From Longimicrobiales bacterium (lineage in GTDB: Bacteria; Gemmatimonadota; Gemmatimonadetes; Longimicrobiales; RSA9): DNA of 64,000 bases. Each line of letters begins with the position of its first letter. The stretch's first letter is position 1. Made by a program: the position numbers and the translations under genes. Positions 35,498 to 44,689 of this stretch are shown one piece after another. Location: positions 19,991 through 83,990 of the forward strand of contig DATHVP010000030.1 of NCBI GenBank assembly GCA_035461245.1, read 5' to 3'. The notes beneath the pieces are model-generated. The model searched no databases. It worked only from the letters and a program-made list of their open reading frames with translations, and had not been told where the DNA came from.

Positions 35498-38161
35498 CTA
35501 CATGTTGAGCCAGTAGTTGACCTTCAGCATGAGCGTGTTCGTGCCCTGCAGGCGCCAGAGGTCCTCGATTCCGCGGCCGAAGTCGAATGCGCCTGTGTCG
35601 GTGTTGCCCCCGCGACCATGGCTCCAGACGAGGAACAGTGTGGAGCCCGGGCGATACTCCCAGCGCAGCACGGCGTTGGAGCGGAGCGAACGCACCGTGA
35701 AGTCGGGATCGGAGAAGCTGACCGCTGCACCATCGGCTACGGTGGCAGTGTACGTGCGGCCGTCGCGGCTGATCTCGTCGTCGCCGAACGTGCGGAAGCG
35801 CGTGTTGAAGTCGGCGGCGCGCGGGTCGGCTACGCGCCGGAACGACGAGTAGTCGCCAGCACTGATGAACGGCTGCGCGTAGAGTTGCAGGGACAGGTCG
35901 CGGGTGAACGTGTAGTTGAGCCGGGCTGTCAGCGACACGGTGGTCTGGTCCAGTTCCGCGAAGATGTACTCCCGGTCACCAGCCGTGGAAAGCGGGGCGG
36001 TGACGTATTGCCAGGTGTGGCCGTTGCGGTTGAGGCCGGGGTGCAGCGACAGGTCGAACCGGGCGGACGGCCGCGCGGTAACCCCTGCATTGGCGCCCCA
36101 GCGCAGCGTGCCGGTGCCGTGCTCGCGGAACGCGAACGTGCTGGCCGAGCCGAAGACCGACTTCCGGCGGTCACTGTTGATGGAGAAGTTCAGGTTGTTG
36201 TGGCCCGGCGAGTACATGGCCGGCCCGCCGCGCAGCGCACCCGTGGACATTGCGCTCCAGCGGTTGTTCGCGAACCAGTTGACGCTCCAGAAATTGTTGA
36301 AAGTGGCGTTGCCCCACGTATTGACCTGGGACCAGAGCCGCGTGCCGCCGAAGTCCCAGCCGGCGTTGGGATTGAAGCCCACCTGCCAGCGCCGGAACAC
36401 GCGGCCGGGCTCGAAGCTGTTGTAGTTGAACCAGCCGTAGACGAACCGCTGGTCGGCGTTCTGCTGGAAGCCCATGTCATTGACCTCGAAGCCGGGCGTG
36501 CGGAATACGGTGCCCACGCCGCCGTTCCAGTTGCCGCCGCCGATCTTGCTGAGGCCGAAGGTGCCGGACAGCCCCTGCAGCGAGGTCCGCGTCGGGTCGA
36601 ACTCCACATGGTCCGCGTCCGGCCGCTGGAAGTAGCGCTGGGGCGCGCGCTGCGCGATGCGAAGCGCCATGGTATCGCCATGGATGCTGCTGGCGGCCAG
36701 GTACCCACTGACCTCGTAGCGCCGGTCGGGCCCGAAGCGGTGCTGACCGTTGACGCCGGCGCTGTAGGCGGAGGTGCGCAGGAAGTTGAAGACGTCGTTG
36801 TCGATCCGGCGATTCGTTGCCGTCACCAGCATGCCGAGGCTGCTGCCGCCGTTGCGGAAGTCCCGGCTGAGCCGCCCGACGGCGTAGTTCGTGGCAGGCT
36901 CCACGGGCACGTCCTCGATCTCGCCGCCCCGGGCAATGGAGGCGTGCTCCGCCTGGGTGACGGCGTTGAAGAAGCCCAGCGACCAGTCGCCGACGCGGCC
37001 CGTCAGCTTGCCGGCGCCGAGGATGCGGGCGGCGTCGGGCATGGAGACGTGGTCGGCATCCAGGTTCGTGCGCTGCGGCGCCCGACCGATCCGCCGCGAA
37101 TAGAACAGGCCCTCGCCGGAGCCGTCGTCGCCAATCCCGAAGTTGAACAGGCTCGCACCCTCCAGGAAGAACGGGCGGCGTTCCGGGAAGAACGACTCGA
37201 ACGCGCCCAGGTTCACGACGGCGGGGTCCGCCTCCACCTGGCCGAAGTCCGGGTTGATGGTAGCCGTGAGTGTCAGGTTGGGCGTCAGGCCATACTTGAG
37301 GTCAGCACCGGCCGTGGCCGCCGGGTCCGTCCGCCGCCAGAACGGGCTGGCCGTACCACCCCCCGGTGCCGGGGCGCGGGTGACTCTGCTGCTCACGTAG
37401 GGCATGACTTCGAGGCGTTTCGGTGCCGACAGGTCGCGTACGCCGGTGAGAGAGCCGGCCAGCGAGATGAAGCCGGACGAGTTCGGCGTCACCGGCGACC
37501 AGAAGGAGACTTCGTCGCGACGGGCGATGATACGGCCGAACTGGATGCCCCACGTCTGCTCGTCGTCGGACGGGGCGTAGCGGATCTGTGACAGCGGGAT
37601 CCGGAACTCGGCGGTCCAGCCTTCGTCGTCAATGGCGGTGGCCACTTCCCACACCGCGTCCCAGCTCAGGTCCTCCTGGCCGTCATTGAAGTGGTAGACA
37701 TCCTTCTTCACGCCGTGCGGGTTCACCGAGAACCGGTACGCCGTGCGGCGGTCGTGGTAGCTGTCGATGATGACGTCGATCCAGTCGGAGAAGATGCCCG
37801 TCGCGTCCCGGCGGGCAAGCTGCGAGGCAATGGAGTCCGGCGCGCTGTCGTATGCCCGGACGGCGATGTAGATGGCGCCGTCATCGAACGCGACCCGGGC
37901 CTCCGTCCGTTCCGTAGCCGGTTCCCCCGCGTGCGGCGACCGCTGCACGAAGTCGGTGGCCAGCGGCGCCCGCTGCCAGACGGCATCGTCCAGCCGCCCG
38001 TCCAGTACCGGCGCCGTCATGGCGTGGACAGCGTTCAGGACGGGGCGCCCGGCTCGCTCAGGATCCGGAGTGGGCAGCCGTGGCCGAGCCGCGGTCTGGG
38101 CCGCTGCCGGCAGCGCTGTCGCCAGCAGAAGGGCCGCACTCATGCCTGCGAGTGTTCGCAT
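35498..38161 (-). CDS. DUF5916 / carbohydrate-binding-family-9-like outer membrane protein
   Basis: Start moved to ATG 38161 (MRTLAGMSAALLLATALPAAAQ). N-terminal LDGRLDDAVWQRAPLATDFVQRSPHAGEPATERTEARVAFDDGAIYIAVRAYD, then a long beta-rich region ending in a YWLNM-type barrel terminus. Confidence 0.7.
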   Translation of the reverse strand: MRTLAGMSAALLLATALPAAAQTAARPRLPTPDPERAGRPVLNAVHAMTAPVLDGRLDDAVWQRAPLATDFVQRSPHAGEPATERTEARVAFDDGAIYIAVRAYDSAPDSIASQLARRDATGIFSDWIDVIIDSYHDRRTAYRFSVNPHGVKKDVYHFNDGQEDLSWDAVWEVATAIDDEGWTAEFRIPLSQIRYAPSDDEQTWGIQFGRIIARRDEVSFWSPVTPNSSGFISLAGSLTGVRDLSAPKRLEVMPYVSSRVTRAPAPGGGTASPFWRRTDPAATAGADLKYGLTPNLTLTATINPDFGQVEADPAVVNLGAFESFFPERRPFFLEGASLFNFGIGDDGSGEGLFYSRRIGRAPQRTNLDADHVSMPDAARILGAGKLTGRVGDWSLGFFNAVTQAEHASIARGGEIEDVPVEPATNYAVGRLSRDFRNGGSSLGMLVTATNRRIDNDVFNFLRTSAYSAGVNGQHRFGPDRRYEVSGYLAASSIHGDTMALRIAQRAPQRYFQRPDADHVEFDPTRTSLQGLSGTFGLSKIGGGNWNGGVGTVFRTPGFEVNDMGFQQNADQRFVYGWFNYNSFEPGRVFRRWQVGFNPNAGWDFGGTRLWSQVNTWGNATFNNFWSVNWFANNRWSAMSTGALRGGPAMYSPGHNNLNFSINSDRRKSVFGSASTFAFREHGTGTLRWGANAGVTARPSARFDLSLHPGLNRNGHTWQYVTAPLSTAGDREYIFAELDQTTVSLTARLNYTFTRDLSLQLYAQPFISAGDYSSFRRVADPRAADFNTRFRTFGDDEISRDGRTYTATVADGAAVSFSDPDFTVRSLRSNAVLRWEYRPGSTLFLVWSHGRGGNTDTGAFDFGRGIEDLWRLQGTNTLMLKVNYWLNM

Positions 38162-38269
38162 ATGTGCCTCGATGGTCTCGGGTTCGGAATCATCTGCGTG
38201 CACGCTGACTTTGCGTACATGGGATACGACGGGTCGAGGCGCTGGATGGTTGCGGCGGGTGGGATGAAC

Positions 38270-38425
38270 GGCATTGTGGTGGGGATGGTTTACGGCACGG
38301 TTTACGGCACGGTTTACGGCACGGTGTATGGTTTATGGGGATGGTGTATGGGGATCACCGAACCATCCACGATCCCCATCCCATACACTATCCCCATCCC
38401 ATACACTATCCCCATAAACCATACT
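38270..38425. repeat. composite GTATGGGGAT-type repeat element, copy 2 (tandem 12-mers, inverted arms, tandem 18-mers)
   Basis: TTTACGGCACGG x3 (38289-38324). GTATGGTTTATGGGGATGGTGTATGGGGATC from 38326. Right arm ATCCCCATCCCATACACT x2, then ATCCCCATAAACCATAC (38408-38424), a perfect 17-nt reverse complement of 38326-38342. Confidence 0.8.
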
Positions 38426-38439
38426 CCCACCGAAGGTGA

Positions 38440-40245
38440 CTACTTCCACACTCCCGCTTCTTCGGGGACCGGGTCCTCGCCCGGGTTCACGTAGACGTCC
38501 AGCTGGAGGCCCTGCTGCTTTTCGTAGAGGGTCCGGTAGAGGCCGCCCTGGCGGAGCAGCTCGTCGTGGGTGCCGCGCTCGACGATGCGGCCCCTGTCCA
38601 TGACGAGGATCTGTTCGGCGCTGCGGATGGTGGAGAGCCGGTGCGCGATGACGAAAGTGGTGCGGCCCTCGCGGAGATGGCGCAGGCCGTCGCGGATGAG
38701 GGCCTCGCTCTCGCTGTCCAGGCTGGACGTGGCCTCGTCGAGGATGAGGATGCCGGGGTCGGCGAGGATGGCGCGTGCGATTGCGATGCGCTGGCGCTGC
38801 CCGCCTGACAGCTTGACGCCGCGCTCGCCGACGATGGTATCATAGCCGTCGTCGAACCGGTCAATGAACTCATCGGCGTTGGCGACGCGGGCGGCCTCGC
38901 GGATCTGGTCGTCCGTGGCGTCCGGCCGGGAGAACGCGATGTTGTCGCGGACGGTGCCATCGAAAAGGAAGTTGTCCTGCATGACCACGCCGAGCTGGCG
39001 GCGGTAGTCGGCGATGCGGACGCGGCCCAGGTCCTGCCCGTCCACGAAGATGGTGCCGTCATCGGGCATGTGGAAGGCGAGGACCAGGCCGATGAGGGTG
39101 CTCTTGCCGCCGCCACTGGGGCCTACCAGCGCCGTCGTGGTGCCGGCGGGCGCGTGGAAGCTGATGTCCTCGAGGACGCGTGTGCCCTCCTGGTACGAGA
39201 AGGAGACGTGGTCGAAGACGACGTCGCCATCGACCTCGTCGAGGGGCGCCTTGCCGGCCTCCTGCGCGTCCTCCGTGGCGACGTCCCGCAGCTCGCGGAT
39301 CCGGTCCAGCCCGGCGAAGGCCTCGCTGATCTGCGTGCCGATGTTGGCGATGCCGACGAGCGGGCCCGCCATCATGCCCACCATGATGGTGTAGAAGAGC
39401 AGGTCGCCGGGCGTCATGGTGCCGGCCAGCACGCTGCGGCCGCCGAAGACCATGATCATCACGCTCACGCCGCCGATGATGACGGCGGACAGGGACGAGA
39501 CCAGCGAAGTGCCGGTGATGGTCCGTGCGATGTTGCTGTAGAGGCGGAGCACGCCCTCCTGGAAGACGCCCTGCTCCCTGCTCTCGGCGCCGTAGACCTT
39601 GACCAGGCGGACACCGCCCAGTGTCTCGGTCAGGCGGCCCGTCACGTCGGCGGTGATCTGGCCCCGCTCCCGGAAGATGGGCCGCAGCTTCTTGAACGCC
39701 ACGGCCATGACCAGCGCGAAGAGGACCAGCAGCAGCACGGTCCCGATGGTGAGCTGCCAGTTCAGCCACAGCAGCACGGCCAGCGCCAGGACTGCGGTGA
39801 AGACGCCGCCGATGAGCTGGATGATGCCGGTGCCCACGAGGTTACGGATCCCTTCCGGGTCCGTCATGATGCGGGCAATGAGGATGCCGGCCTTGGTGTT
39901 GTCGAAGTAGGAGGTGGGCAGGCGCAGCACGTGCTGCTGGATGTCTACCCGCATGTCGGCAATGGCGCGCTGTGCAGCGACGCTCACAACCTTCGCCAGG
40001 GCGAAGGACGCGCCGGCCTGCAGCAGCATGGCAGCGAGCACGGCCATGGCCAGCGGCATCAGGATCTCCGCGCGGCCGCCCAGGATCACGTCGTCGTAGA
40101 AATACTTGGTGCTTGCGGGGAGCACGAAGGCCGCCAGCCGGCTCACCACCATGAGGGCCATGCCGATGCCCAGCGTGCGGCGGTGCCGGCGCATCAGCGC
40201 CCATGCCTCTCCCGATACTGCGCCCAGCCTGAACTTGAACATCAC
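38440..40245 (-). CDS. ABC exporter, fused permease-ATPase (MsbA/ABCB-like)
   Basis: Six-TM N-terminal half. Walker A GPSGGGKST, signature LSGGQRQRIAIARA, Walker B ILILDEATS. Confidence 0.9.
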   Translation of the reverse strand: MMFKFRLGAVSGEAWALMRRHRRTLGIGMALMVVSRLAAFVLPASTKYFYDDVILGGRAEILMPLAMAVLAAMLLQAGASFALAKVVSVAAQRAIADMRVDIQQHVLRLPTSYFDNTKAGILIARIMTDPEGIRNLVGTGIIQLIGGVFTAVLALAVLLWLNWQLTIGTVLLLVLFALVMAVAFKKLRPIFRERGQITADVTGRLTETLGGVRLVKVYGAESREQGVFQEGVLRLYSNIARTITGTSLVSSLSAVIIGGVSVMIMVFGGRSVLAGTMTPGDLLFYTIMVGMMAGPLVGIANIGTQISEAFAGLDRIRELRDVATEDAQEAGKAPLDEVDGDVVFDHVSFSYQEGTRVLEDISFHAPAGTTTALVGPSGGGKSTLIGLVLAFHMPDDGTIFVDGQDLGRVRIADYRRQLGVVMQDNFLFDGTVRDNIAFSRPDATDDQIREAARVANADEFIDRFDDGYDTIVGERGVKLSGGQRQRIAIARAILADPGILILDEATSSLDSESEALIRDGLRHLREGRTTFVIAHRLSTIRSAEQILVMDRGRIVERGTHDELLRQGGLYRTLYEKQQGLQLDVYVNPGEDPVPEEAGVWK

Positions 40246-40457
40246 GCCCCGATCATTGCCCTGTCCCGGCGGCGCCCCGCATGCAGCGGACCCGCCCCGG
40301 CCCGCCGGAAGCTAACGGCGGGCGCGCCGGCACCGCCAGCGACCGCGCGGCGGGCAGCTTAGTTTAGGGCCATAACGGCATGGCAGGGCAGCCGGCTGGC
40401 GCGGCTGGCACGGGGTCTGCCCACCCTGCCGGCATCCATGCACGGAAAGGAGCGGCG

Positions 40458-41294
40458 ATGATCATCGACTGCCACGTTCACCTGAACCGGTACGGTGACG
40501 GCGAGCACGGCTCACTGCGGGAGCGGTACCTGGCCCTCAAGGCGGAAATGGACCGGCACGGCGTCGACTATTCCCTCGTACTCACCAGCTACAAGGTCAC
40601 CGAGGGCAGGCCCGATACCCGGGCCGTGCTGGACGTGGTGGACGACGACCCGCGCATCGGCGTGGTCGCGGCTGTCAGCTACCTCCATTACCGGGCCGCC
40701 GATCTGGCGGATTACCGCGTCCTGCTGCGGGAAGGACGCATCAAGGGCTTCAAGCTGTACCCCGGCTACGAGCCGTTCTATGTGCACGACGCGCGCATGC
40801 GCGTGGTCTATGAACTGGCCGCCGAGTTCGACGTGCCCGTCATGATCCACACGGGCGACACGTATGACCCACAGGGCCGCGTCAAGTATTCCCACCCCAT
40901 CCAGGTGGACGAGGTGGCTGTGGATTTCCGGGACGTGACCTTCGTCATCTGCCACCTGGGCAACCCCTGGATCACCGATGCCATGGAGGTCATCTACAAG
41001 AACCCCAACGTCGTTGGTGATATCTCCGGCTTCACCCTGGGCCAGTTCGAGGAACGGTTCGAACGATACATGCTCCAGCAGGTGAATGAGGTCGTCGCCT
41101 TCGCCGGGGACCCGTCGAAGCTGCTCTACGGCACCGACTGGCCCATCTGCGACATGGGCAGTTACATCCGCTTCGTCAACAACCTGCACCTGACGGAGCA
41201 GGAGAACGACATGATCTTCTGGGGCAACTCGGCCCGGCTCTTCAAGATTGACGTGGACGGCATCCGGGCCGACGCCTCAAGAACGTCACGATGA
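40458..41294 (+). CDS. metal-dependent TIM-barrel amidohydrolase family protein
   Basis: GGAAAGGAG RBS, then ATG 40458. MIIDCHVHL (HxH metal motif), MIHTGD, FVICHLGNPW and YGTDWP are typical of the amidohydrolase_2-like fold. Confidence 0.7.
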   Translation: MIIDCHVHLNRYGDGEHGSLRERYLALKAEMDRHGVDYSLVLTSYKVTEGRPDTRAVLDVVDDDPRIGVVAAVSYLHYRAADLADYRVLLREGRIKGFKLYPGYEPFYVHDARMRVVYELAAEFDVPVMIHTGDTYDPQGRVKYSHPIQVDEVAVDFRDVTFVICHLGNPWITDAMEVIYKNPNVVGDISGFTLGQFEERFERYMLQQVNEVVAFAGDPSKLLYGTDWPICDMGSYIRFVNNLHLTEQENDMIFWGNSARLFKIDVDGIRADASRTSR

Positions 41295-42016
41295 GCGCTG
41301 CCGGCGAGGACCCCGAGCTTGACCTCGTCGCCGTCACCGACGAGCGGGACCCGCTTGCGGAGCGAGCCCTCGCCCTCGTCCACCGCACGTTCGCGCCAGC
41401 CGACCGGCAGCCCGTCTCCGAGCTGCTGTCGGAGCTGAAGGAGAGCCGGCTGGGCCTGCTGTCCAATCACAACTTCCATTTGATTGCCGCCGTCGCGCCG
41501 GATGACGAGGAGCCGGCGGGCACCATTATCGGCGTTTACCTGGGCGGCGTGAACGCCGGCCTCGTCATGTACCTGGCCGTCCGCCGCGAGTACCGGGGCC
41601 ACGGGCTCGGCCGGTTGCTGCGGCCGCGACTGCTCGAGGCGTTCCAGGAGGATGCCCGGCGTGCGGAGCATGACGACGTGGCGTTCGTGCTGGGGGAGGT
41701 TCGCGCCGCCAGCCCCTGGCTGCGGCGGCTGGTGGCAACCCGCGGCGCCATACCCTTCGACCTGGAATACTACCACCCGGGCATGGCGCCGGGTTACGGC
41801 GAGAAGTACGTCCTGTACCGCCAGCCGTTCGGTGACGCCCGGACGGAACTGCCCGTGGCCCTCGTGCGCCGGATCCTCTACGCCATCTACCGGCGGGCCT
41901 ACCGTGTCCGCTACCCGCTGCAACGGGAGGGCTTTGTCGCCATGCTGCGGCAGCTGGAGGGTCGCAGCAAGGTGGGCATGCATCCCGAATTCGCCAGGCG
42001 GTCCGGCACGGACTGA
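41291..42016 (+). CDS. GNAT-family N-acetyltransferase
   Basis: YLAVRREYRGHGLGRLL acetyl-CoA binding motif. ATGA overlap with the amidohydrolase stop. Confidence 0.65.
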   Translation: MSAAGEDPELDLVAVTDERDPLAERALALVHRTFAPADRQPVSELLSELKESRLGLLSNHNFHLIAAVAPDDEEPAGTIIGVYLGGVNAGLVMYLAVRREYRGHGLGRLLRPRLLEAFQEDARRAEHDDVAFVLGEVRAASPWLRRLVATRGAIPFDLEYYHPGMAPGYGEKYVLYRQPFGDARTELPVALVRRILYAIYRRAYRVRYPLQREGFVAMLRQLEGRSKVGMHPEFARRSGTD

Positions 42017-42112
42017 GGTGCAGTTCAGCTGCTGCTTTCACACGACCGCGCGCCTTGAGCAGGCGCCCCGGGTCCGCTAGGTTGCCCGGCTTCGGACCCG
42101 GTGCGGCGCGAG

Positions 42113-42141
42113 TTGCCGCGGGGGTCGGGCGCGCGTATAAT
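42113..42141 (+). promoter_or_regulatory. sigma70-like promoter candidate for the Mrp-type operon
   Basis: TTGCCG (42113-42118), a 17-nt spacer, then a perfect TATAAT (42136-42141), 55 nt upstream of the mnhE-like ATG. The AT-rich hexamer stands out in GC-rich DNA. Confidence 0.4.
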
Positions 42142-42196
42142 CCGCGCCGTTCTTGAGGCCCGCAGTATACAAAGCGGACATTGGCAGGGTAGACGG

Positions 42197-42682
42197 ATGC
42201 AGCGGCCACGATCCCTCGGCAGCGTTGTTCTCATTGCAGCGATCCTCATCGCCGCATGGTACGTGCTGTCGGGCATGTTTGACGTGCTCCATTTCGGGAC
42301 GGGCGTGGTGACCGCTGTGCTCATCGCCCTGGCGTACCGGTCCGTGCCGGACACGACGCGATTGAATATAGGACGCGCGCTCGTGTACGTGCCGTGGCTG
42401 GTGTGGCAGATCATCCTGTCGAACCTGCGGGTTGCCCGCGTGGTCCTGTCCCCGCGCATGACCATCCGGCCGACGTTCATCAGCCAGCCGCCGGGCGTGG
42501 TGGGCGACCGCGCCCTGACCGTGCTGGGCATGAGCACGACGCTGACGCCGGGCACGCTGACGGTGGACATCCGGCGGGACGAGATCTTCGTCCACGCGCT
42601 GGACGCGCAGTCGGCGACGGACATGCGGGACGGCGTCGTAGCGGAACGGGTGGCCATGGTGTTTGAGGAGCCCGACTCGTGA
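42197..42682 (+). CDS. mnhE: Mrp/Mnh antiporter subunit E-like
   Basis: LRVARVVLSPRMTIRPTFI...LTVLGMSTTLTPGTLTVDI..DEIFVHALD is collinear with Bacillus MrpE. Start moved to ATG 42197. Confidence 0.8.
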   Translation: MQRPRSLGSVVLIAAILIAAWYVLSGMFDVLHFGTGVVTAVLIALAYRSVPDTTRLNIGRALVYVPWLVWQIILSNLRVARVVLSPRMTIRPTFISQPPGVVGDRALTVLGMSTTLTPGTLTVDIRRDEIFVHALDAQSATDMRDGVVAERVAMVFEEPDS

Positions 42683-42972
42683 TCGGCGTGTTCAGCCTGG
42701 CAGTGCTGGCGGTGCTGGCCCTGACCATCCCGTTCCTGTACCGGGCCATCCGCGGCCCGACCCTGTTCGACCGCGTGGTGGCGCTGAACGGCATGGGCAC
42801 GCTCGTCCCGGTGCTGCTCATCCTGGTGGGGCTGATGTACGACCGGGTGGACATGTTCGTGGACATCGCCCTGGCCATGTTCCTGCTCAACCTGTTCACG
42901 ACCCTGCTCATCGGGCGCTACGTTCGCGACAAGGCGGACGAGTCCGACCGTTCGGAAGCGGTGCGGCGATGA
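42679..42972 (+). CDS. mnhF: Mrp/Mnh antiporter subunit F-like
   Basis: GTG start overlapping the mnhE stop. LYRAIRGPTLFDRVVALNGMGTLV is collinear with MrpF. Confidence 0.8.
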   Translation: MIGVFSLAVLAVLALTIPFLYRAIRGPTLFDRVVALNGMGTLVPVLLILVGLMYDRVDMFVDIALAMFLLNLFTTLLIGRYVRDKADESDRSEAVRR

Positions 42973-43331
42973 TCTTTACGCATGTCGTCGTCGGCGTGCT
43001 GCTGGCCGTTGGCGTGTTCTTCCTGATGGTCGGTGCCATCGGCTTCGCCCGCCTGCCCGACGTCTTCTGCCGCATGCACGTGACGGGCGTCATTGACACG
43101 CTGGGCGCGCCCCTGATCATGCTCGCGACGGCCGTGTACCTGGGCCTGAACCTGGTGTCCCTGAAGCTGGTGCTGGCGCTGCTGTTCCTCACCATCACCA
43201 GCCCGCTCGTCGGCCACATGCTGGCGCGGGCGGCGCTGGAGGCCGGCCACGAGCCGGGCGTCATCGAGGATTCCGCGGAGTTCATGACGGCCGGCGCGCC
43301 GAAGCGCAAGCAACAGCTCCGGCGAAAGTAG
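42969..43331 (+). CDS. mnhG: Mrp/Mnh antiporter subunit G-like
   Basis: ATGA overlap at 42969. MVGAIGFARLPDVFCRMHVTGVIDTLGAPLIML is the MnhG signature. Confidence 0.8.
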   Translation: MIFTHVVVGVLLAVGVFFLMVGAIGFARLPDVFCRMHVTGVIDTLGAPLIMLATAVYLGLNLVSLKLVLALLFLTITSPLVGHMLARAALEAGHEPGVIEDSAEFMTAGAPKRKQQLRRK

Positions 43332-43880
43332 ATGGACGGAATGATCCTGTACGCGGCTGAGATCGTCAGCCTGCTCATGGCCGTCAGTGCCCTCGCCATC
43401 GTATGGGCGCGGGACATGTTCTCGGTGGTCGCGCTGATGGCGGTCTACAGCGGCTTCATGGCCGTGGTGCTGGCGCTCATGGGCGCGCCGGATGTGGCGT
43501 TCATGGAGGCCGTCGTCGGGCCGAGCCTGTCCACGGTCTTCCTGCTCGGCCTCATGTGGTGGATCAACCCGGAAGAGGCAACGCGCTATCCGGCGGCGCG
43601 CCGGCTGCTGGCGCTGCTGCCGGCGCTGGGGCTGGGCGGGATCGTGCTGTACGGCGTGAACGGGCTGCCGCCGTTCGGCGAGCCCACTGCCGCGCCCATG
43701 GAGCACGTCTCGCCGTACTACATCGAGCACGCCATGGCCGACATGGCGACGCCCAACGTCGTCGCGGCGATCCTGGCCGACTACCGCAGCCTGGACACAC
43801 TCATCGAGGCCGCCGTCGTCGTGACGGGCGTGCTGGCATGCCTTCTCATCATGATGTACCGCGATGATCAGACCGTTTGA
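43332..43880 (+). CDS. DUF4040 / MbhD-like membrane subunit (equivalent to the C-terminal MrpB-like domain of MrpA)
   Basis: ATG directly follows the mnhG stop. Four to five TM helices. MFSVVALMAVYSGFMAVVLALMGAPDVAFMEAVVG resembles MbhD/MrpA-C. Confidence 0.65.
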   Translation: MDGMILYAAEIVSLLMAVSALAIVWARDMFSVVALMAVYSGFMAVVLALMGAPDVAFMEAVVGPSLSTVFLLGLMWWINPEEATRYPAARRLLALLPALGLGGIVLYGVNGLPPFGEPTAAPMEHVSPYYIEHAMADMATPNVVAAILADYRSLDTLIEAAVVVTGVLACLLIMMYRDDQTV

Positions 43881-44304
43881 CAGCCTGATGCTGCGCACGA
43901 CGCTGGCGCCGCTCGTGGCCGCGGTGCAGCTCGTTGCCGTGTACCTGCTGCTGCACGGGCACTACAGCCCCGGCGGCGGCTTCGTGGCCGGCGTGCTGTT
44001 CGCCGCCTCGTTCATCCTGCCGCGCCTGACCTTTGGCCAGCCGCAGGGGTGGCTGGCGCTGACCCCGCAGCGCGCGGCGCTCATGGCCGTGGCAGGCATC
44101 ATCATATTCGCCGGGATCGGCGTTGCCCCCATGTTCGTGGGGGAGACGATGCTGGACTACGCCGTGCTGCCGCTGGCGGAGAAGGCCGAGTACCGCCGCT
44201 CCCTGGGCATCCTGCTCATCGAGGTCGGCGTCACCATGGCGGTGGCCGGCGCGATGCTCTCCATCTTCTACGCCCTGTCCGGGCCGGTGGGGGGCGAGAA
44301 GTAG
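43864..44304 (+). CDS. mnhB: Mrp/Mnh antiporter subunit B-like
   Basis: LLLHGHYSPGGGFVAGVLFAASFIL is the MnhB signature. 17-nt overlap with the upstream gene. Confidence 0.8.
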   Translation: MIRPFDSLMLRTTLAPLVAAVQLVAVYLLLHGHYSPGGGFVAGVLFAASFILPRLTFGQPQGWLALTPQRAALMAVAGIIIFAGIGVAPMFVGETMLDYAVLPLAEKAEYRRSLGILLIEVGVTMAVAGAMLSIFYALSGPVGGEK

Positions 44305-44305
44305 C

Positions 44306-44689
44306 ATGTTCTTCCTGGGCTACCTGGTGGACCGCGGTCCGTACCTGTTGTTCGTGCTGCTGGTCGTAATCGGCGTGTTCCTGATGATGTCGCAGCGCAA
44401 CATGCTGAAGGCCGTCGTCGGGCTGTACCTGTTCCAGACGGCGGTCATCCTCCAGTTCATCACCATCTCGTTCCGCCGGGATGGCAGCGTACCGATCGTC
44501 GAGGGCGGTCTCGAGCTGCACAACCCGCTGCCCCACGCCATGATGCTGACGGCCATTGTCGTCGGCGTGGCGACGCTGGGCGTGGCCATCGCGCTGTTGC
44601 GCAGGATCCAGGCGGAATCGGGCACCATCGAGGAACGGGCCATGGGCCCCGACGAGGCGGCTGCCGACGCAGTGGGGACAGCACGATGA
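44306..44689 (+). CDS. mnhC: Mrp/Mnh antiporter subunit C-like (NuoK-like)
   Basis: ATG 44306, 2 nt after the mnhB stop. Three TM helices; MMSQRNMLKAVVGLYLFQTAVIL resembles MrpC/NuoK. Confidence 0.8.
   Translation: MFFLGYLVDRGPYLLFVLLVVIGVFLMMSQRNMLKAVVGLYLFQTAVILQFITISFRRDGSVPIVEGGLELHNPLPHAMMLTAIVVGVATLGVAIALLRRIQAESGTIEERAMGPDEAAADAVGTAR

Noticed and set aside
35336-37591. 751-aa ORF on the plus strand
   Set aside because: It lies entirely antisense to the well-supported DUF5916/CBM9-like gene. Its translation is Arg/Ala/Gly/Val-rich low-complexity sequence, typical of stop-codon-poor antisense frames in GC-rich DNA.
40458-42016. Amidohydrolase-GNAT pair as a toxin-antitoxin or novel modification system
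   Set aside because: ATGA coupling shows co-translation. However, both are generic enzyme folds of normal size with no TA-like features. There is no basis beyond adjacency.
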